Below, piece after piece: positions 62,835 through 64,000 of a stretch of DNA of 64,000 nucleotides (position 1 is the first letter of the stretch; every line of letters begins with the position of its first letter). A program made the translations under genes and the position numbers. Source of the DNA: an uncultured Acidimicrobiaceae bacterium (GTDB taxonomy: Bacteria > Actinomycetota > Acidimicrobiia > Acidimicrobiales > RAAP-2). Below the pieces are notes generated by a model that worked only from the letters and a program-made list of their open reading frames with translations, ran no database searches and was not told the DNA's origin. The stretch covers positions 291,737-355,736 of the forward strand of contig CAWKJX010000012.1 in NCBI GenBank assembly GCA_963850095.1, in the 5' to 3' direction.

Positions 62835-63524
62835 GTGCGCGCCCCAGCTCGGGCGCTCTTCGCTGCCGGCCTGACCCTCTCGGCCCTGGGCCTGGCCGCC
62901 TGCGGCGGCCGCTTCGTGAGCCCGCACGGCGCCGCCGCCCGGACCACCGTGATCGGGAGTGGACGGACCGTCGCGGACGGCGGGGACTCGACAACGCCGA
63001 CCACCTCGTCGGCCCCGGGGTCCGGCCCGTCGGCCCTGCCGAGCCTTCCCTCGACCGCGAGCCACCCGACGACGGTTCCCACCACGACGCGCGCCGGGAG
63101 CACCCCGAGCGAGGACCCGACCCAAAGGGCGATCATCACCGACTACGAGGCGTATCTGGTCGACCTCTCCGGGCTCGACGACAACCTGAGCAAGGCCTAC
63201 GTCGGTCCATTGGCGTCGGTCACCACGAACCGGCTGGCCCAGGCCAGCGTGCGCCAGGCGGCCACCCTGCTGGCTGCGCAGGAGCACGGCGTCGGGACGC
63301 TACGCGACGACCACGTCTCGGTGGTCATGACGGGACCGGCCAGCGCCGCCCTGGCCGATTGCCAGGACGAGGACCACTTCTACCTGGTCAACGACAACTC
63401 GGGGACACCTGATCCCTTCATCGAACGGGGCTACTTCGTCGGGTCCGCCCAGATGGTGCTCCAGAACGGGCACTGGCTGGTCGACGTGTTCACGACGACG
63501 CACGACACCTGCGCTGCCTTCTGA
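62835..63524 (+). CDS. lipoprotein, unknown function (229 aa)
   Basis: ORF 62835..63524. The GTG lies 1 nt after the upstream TGA. Lipobox LSALGLAACGG, a Thr/Ser/Pro-rich linker, then a compact C-terminal domain ending HWLVDVFTTTHDTCAAF. Confidence 0.7.
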   Translation: MRAPARALFAAGLTLSALGLAACGGRFVSPHGAAARTTVIGSGRTVADGGDSTTPTTSSAPGSGPSALPSLPSTASHPTTVPTTTRAGSTPSEDPTQRAIITDYEAYLVDLSGLDDNLSKAYVGPLASVTTNRLAQASVRQAATLLAAQEHGVGTLRDDHVSVVMTGPASAALADCQDEDHFYLVNDNSGTPDPFIERGYFVGSAQMVLQNGHWLVDVFTTTHDTCAAF

Positions 63525-63528
63525 CGCG

Positions 63529-63804
63529 CTAGGCGGCCGTGCGCAAGGTGGCCCCGATCGACTGGAGCGCCGCGGCGATCTGACCGAGCGCGCCCGCGGG
63601 GGTCGACCGGCTCTGCACCCGTGCCTCGTCGGCCAGAGCCGCCTCGGCGTCCACCAGCAGCCCGAGACGGAGAAGTTGCGACGACTGTGGGCTGCCGGCC
63701 GGCGGGGCGATCGACCCCACCGCGGTCTCGGCGCGCACGAGAGCGACGGCCAGGGCGGCCAGCGAGGCGCTGCTCGCCGACCTCCGGTTCAACGTCCCCC
63801 GCAC
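63529..63804 (-). CDS. hypothetical Ala/Leu-rich protein (91 aa)
   Basis: ORF 63529..63804(-), GTG start. Third codon positions are G/C-rich. It overlaps the end of the upstream minus-strand ORF by 16 nt. I recognise no family. Confidence 0.4.
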   Translation of the reverse strand: MRGTLNRRSASSASLAALAVALVRAETAVGSIAPPAGSPQSSQLLRLGLLVDAEAALADEARVQSRSTPAGALGQIAAALQSIGATLRTAA

Positions 63805-64000
63805 GGAGGCTTGCGTCGGGAGGTCACTGTCGGGCCAGCAGCGGCCGACCAGCCGGACATCGACTGCGACCCGGCGGCGGCGATGGTCGTGTCGGGCCAG
63901 GACGACACCAGGGGTTCGCCAGGCGCCAGGCCGACCGTCGACCAGACGGGGACGTGCGCCGCCGCCGCCGTATCGGCCCCGGCTACGGTCGAGCCGAGGT
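63789..64000 (-). CDS. 3' end of an unidentified gene entering from beyond the window end
   Basis: Own translation of the minus strand: ..LGSTVAGADTAAAAHVPVWSTVGLAPGEPLVSSWPDTTIAAAGSQSMSGWSAAAGPTVTSRRKPPCGGR-TGA (63789-63791). Third positions are strongly G/C. Not in the ORF track (no start inside the window). Confidence 0.4.
   Translation of the reverse strand, partial: LGSTVAGADTAAAAHVPVWSTVGLAPGEPLVSSWPDTTIAAAGSQSMSGWSAAAGPTVTSRRKPPCGGR

Noticed and set aside
1-64000. Mobile elements, prophage, defence systems (RM, TA, CRISPR-Cas, Abi), secondary-metabolite genes, and rRNA/tRNA genes.
   Set aside because: I found no transposase, integrase, recombinase, Cas, nuclease/methylase, PKS/NRPS or phage structural signatures in any frame. 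I saw no terminal inverted or direct repeat pairs, and no gap long enough or suitably structured for tRNA or rRNA. tRNA detection by eye is unreliable, so a tRNAscan run would be needed to be certain.

Overview
This is a very GC-rich (about 70% G+C by eye, third codon positions nearly saturated with G/C), gene-dense chromosomal segment of actinobacterial type. It has many GTG/TTG starts, GTGA/ATGA/TGATG start-stop overlaps and lipobox lipoproteins. I can support about 60 protein genes or gene remnants on both strands. I found no rRNA, tRNA, CRISPR array, transposase, integrase or phage gene.

The window is essentially one large catabolic island for CoA-thioester (lipid/steroid/terpenoid-like) substrates. 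It contains:
- 4 crotonase-fold enoyl-CoA hydratases
- 3 acyl-CoA dehydrogenases (one translationally coupled pair, one coupled to an APH-type kinase)
- 2 family-III CoA-transferase genes (one a tandem fusion)
- 2 SCP-x/Ltp-type thiolases, each with a DUF35 partner (one fused, one split)
- 4 amidohydrolase_2-type proteins
- 2 cytochromes P450 plus a small ferredoxin, and a KstD/FrdA-like flavoprotein
- an aldehyde dehydrogenase, 3 SDRs and an MDR quinone-reductase-like enzyme
- 3 hotdog thioesterases and 3 alpha/beta hydrolases
- an M24 (creatinase/prolidase-fold) pair and a GH3 beta-glucosidase
- two complete Liv-type ABC importers and four Liv-type binding proteins
- three local regulators (2 TetR, 1 MarR)
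- a set of secreted/lipoprotein genes of unknown function at the 3' end

The most notable signals are:
1. A 20-bp GACGTCG-centred box occurs in the same orientation upstream of six transcription units.
2. Two KstR-like AACnnGTT boxes sit in front of two binding-protein genes, and a perfect 14-bp palindrome sits in the GH3 divergent promoter.
3. A roughly 280-nt ORF-free, self-complementary leader precedes the second ABC locus, which also carries two unusual small membrane proteins.
4. There are at least 15 single-nucleotide reading-frame breaks, 7 of them inside the second ABC locus. Both LivG paralogues lack an in-frame stop.

All calls come from by-eye translation and motif recognition. Frameshift positions are good to about +-10 nt. 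No database search or folding computation was possible.
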